The position numbers and the translations under genes were made by a program. This document shows positions 61,494 to 64,000 of a stretch of DNA of 64,000 nt, one piece after another; the stretch's first letter is position 1; every line of letters begins with the position of its first letter. Below the pieces are notes generated by a model, which was given only the letters and a program-made list of their open reading frames with translations, searched no databases and was not told the DNA's origin. Source of the DNA: an uncultured Acidobacteriota bacterium (GTDB taxonomy: Bacteria > Acidobacteriota > Thermoanaerobaculia > UBA5066 > Gp7-AA6); the NCBI GenBank assembly GCA_963811425.1, contig CAWERV010000009.1:115698-179697 (forward strand), given 5' to 3'.

Positions 61494-64000
61494 CGGTCGC
61501 GACAGGATCGAGGCTCGGACCGTACGAGATCCTCGGCCAGATCGGGGCCGGCGGGATGGGCGAGGTCTACCGCGCGAAGGATCCACGCCTCGGGCGCGAG
61601 GTCGCGATCAAGGTGCTGCCGCCGTCCTTCTCGCAGGACGCGGATCGGCTGCGGCGATTCGAGCAGGAGGCGAAGGCCGCGGGCGTCCTCAACCACCCGA
61701 ACATCACGGCCGTGTACGACATCGGCTCGCATGACGGCGCGCCGTACGTCGTCCAGGAGCTGCTCGAGGGCGAGACGCTGCGCCTGGCGCTCGCGAGCGG
61801 GAAGCTGCCGCAGCGCAAGGTCATCGACTACGCGCTGCAGATCGCGCACGGCCTCTCCGCCGCGCACGACAAGGGCATCGTCCACCGGGACCTGAAGCCC
61901 GAGAACCTCTTCGTCACGAACGAGGGACGCGTCAAGATCCTCGACTTCGGCCTCGCCAAGCTCACGCAGGTGGGCGAGGGCTCGGGCCCGCAAACCAACC
62001 TGCCGACCGCGGCCGGGACCGAGCCCGGCATGGTCATGGGCACGATCGGCTACATGTCGCCCGAGCAGATCAAGGGCAAGCCCGCCGACGCGCGCTCGGA
62101 CATCTTCTCGTTCGGCGCGATCTTCTACGAGATGCTCTCGGGCAAGCGCGCGTTCCACGCCGACTCCGCCGGCGAAACGATGGCCGCGATCCTCAAGGAG
62201 GAGCCGGCGGATCTCTCCGTCACCAACCAGAACATCTCGCCCGGGATCGAGCGGATCGTGCGCCACTGCCTCGAGAAGAATCCCGAGCAGAGGTTCCACT
62301 CGGCGCACGATCTCGCGTTCGACATCGAGGCCCTCTCGGGGACCACAGGCCAGGCGGCGGTCATTCCGTCGCGAGGGCGCGTGCCGCTCGTGCCGGCGCT
62401 CCTGGTTGCGGCGGGCCTCCTCGCCGGCGCAGGCTTCGCCTACTTTCTCCTGCGCGGCCGGACGGGAGCCGCGGCGGCGGCCGGATCGAGCGCGACGTAT
62501 CGCCGGTTGACCAACATGCCCGGGGCCGAGAACTCCCCTTCGCTCTCGCCCGACGGCCAGACGCTCGCCTTCGTCCACCGCTCCGGCAAGAAGCCGGACA
62601 TCTGGATCCAGCGCGCGGGAGGCCGCAATCCCATCGACCTGACGCCCGACTGCGATCGCGAGAGCTACTCGCCGGCGTTCTCTCCCGACGGCACCCTCAT
62701 CGCCTACGGCGCCCAGTGCGGCCAGGGAGGCCTCTTCGTCATGGGCGCCACGGGAGAGAACTCGCGCCGGCTCGTCAACGTCGGAAGCAATCCGGCGTGG
62801 TCTCCCGATGGAAAGGAGATCCTGTACTCCACCGAGCTCGTCGCCGGCCCCTACGGCCGGACGGGAACGAGCGAGATCTGGGCGGTCGAGCTCGCGAGCG
62901 GCAAGACACGCAAGCTCTCCGGGACCTTCGACGCCATCCAGCCGAACGTTTCGCCGCACGGACTGCGCGTGGCGTTCTGGGCGCTGCCGCCCGGCGGCAG
63001 CCAGCGCGACATCTGGACGATGCCCTACAAGGGCCTCGGCGCCGGCGAAAAGCCGGTGCCGGTGACGCAGGATGCCGCCGTCGACTTCAACCCGGTCTGG
63101 GGGCCGGACGGCCGGACTCTCTACTTCCTGTCCAACCGCAGCGGCACGATGAACCTCTGGCGCGCCCCGATCGACGAGGCCACCGGGCACACGCTCGGCG
63201 AGGCCACGCCGGAGATGCTGCCCGCGCGCGAGGTGGGCGGCCTCTCGTTCTCGCGGGACGGGCGCTACGCGGCGTACGTCGTCCGCGAGAACACCTTTTC
63301 GATCGATCGCCTCGCCTTCGACGCGAACGGCGCGCTCACGGGAAAGCCCGAGCCGGTCCTCGAGAGCTCCCAGGAAATGGCGGATTTCGACGTCTCGGCG
63401 GACGGCAAGTTCCTCGCCTTCGACTCGCGCGGCGGGGCGCAGGACGACCTCTTCCTGCTCGAGAGCGACGGCAGGAACCTGCGCCAGCTCACGGATGACG
63501 TGCCCCGGGACCGCGCGCCGAACTTCTCGCCCGACGGCAAACGCATCGCCTTCCATTCGGATCGCGACGGCCGCTACCAGATCTGGACGATCGAGCGCGA
63601 CGGGAGCGGCATGAAGCCGCTGTCCAAGGCCACGGACTTGATCATCGAGGCGCACTGGTCTCCCGACGGCCATGCCATCGCCGTCAACAGCGGCCACAAC
63701 AGCTCGATCCTCCGGCTCGACGACAAGGGCGCGCTCGCCCGGGTCGAGCCCATTCCCGCCCCGACGCCGGAGACGTTCTTCTATCCGTTGGCGTGGACCG
63801 CCGACGGGAGCACTCTCGTGGGTTCCCTCGTGCGGCTCAGCGATCTCACCGGCCAGGCTGTCGCCGTCTATGCCCCCGGACCGGGCGCCGTCGTGAAGAC
63901 GGTGCCCAACACGGAATCGCCCTCCCGCGTTCGCCGCGGGGCGGTCATGGGCAACCGCTATCTCCTTTATGCAGAGATTGACGGGCTGTTCGTCATGGAT
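61490..64000 (+). CDS. Second Ser/Thr kinase with TM and PD40/TolB-like propeller (partial, runs off the window)
   Basis: GTGA overlap; manual translation [65 protein letters not shown] / PAFSPDG / PAWSPDG / PNFSPDG repeats. The frame was spot-checked as the same at 62402 and at 64000. Confidence 0.9.

Overview
This is a very GC-rich bacterial chromosome segment. Gene content (Oar-like TonB-dependent receptor, tandem Ser/Thr kinase-propeller proteins, VPS10/BNR protein, many secreted peptidases) suggests Acidobacteriota or a similar soil/sediment lineage; this is inference. From left to right: a PRTase/hydrolase pair; a split NAD-linked formate dehydrogenase operon whose catalytic subunit has an in-frame UGA plus an E. 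coli-type SECIS (selenocysteine); arylsulfatase; amidase-GerMN-rph; several housekeeping genes (lon, M13 peptidase, corA); an uncharacterised ATP-grasp / GCS2 ligase / M29 peptidase / second ligase / esterase cluster; tRNA-Pro; a metal-related block (DUF2249-hemerythrin, RMD1, P-type ATPase with atypical ion site, DtxR-FeoA, Cys-rich protein, feoB); an RRM protein; tRNA-Arg; and secreted peptidases. Next is a co-oriented seven-gene minus-strand locus (NSAR/OSBS, RpiR regulator, M20, GNAT, TonB receptor, serine hydrolase, D-aminoacylase-like). Its two promoters each carry a pair of copies of the same 16-bp palindrome, so it looks like a regulated D-amino-acid/D-peptide uptake and D-to-L conversion system and is the strongest candidate novel system here. 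The window ends in two kinase paralogues. Many genes carry frameshifts, and there is a ~600-bp duplication with an AT-rich junk spacer at 57.6-58.9 kb; both are most consistent with long-read consensus errors. No CRISPR array, integrase or transposase was seen. All family assignments come from motif recognition by eye, not database searches.
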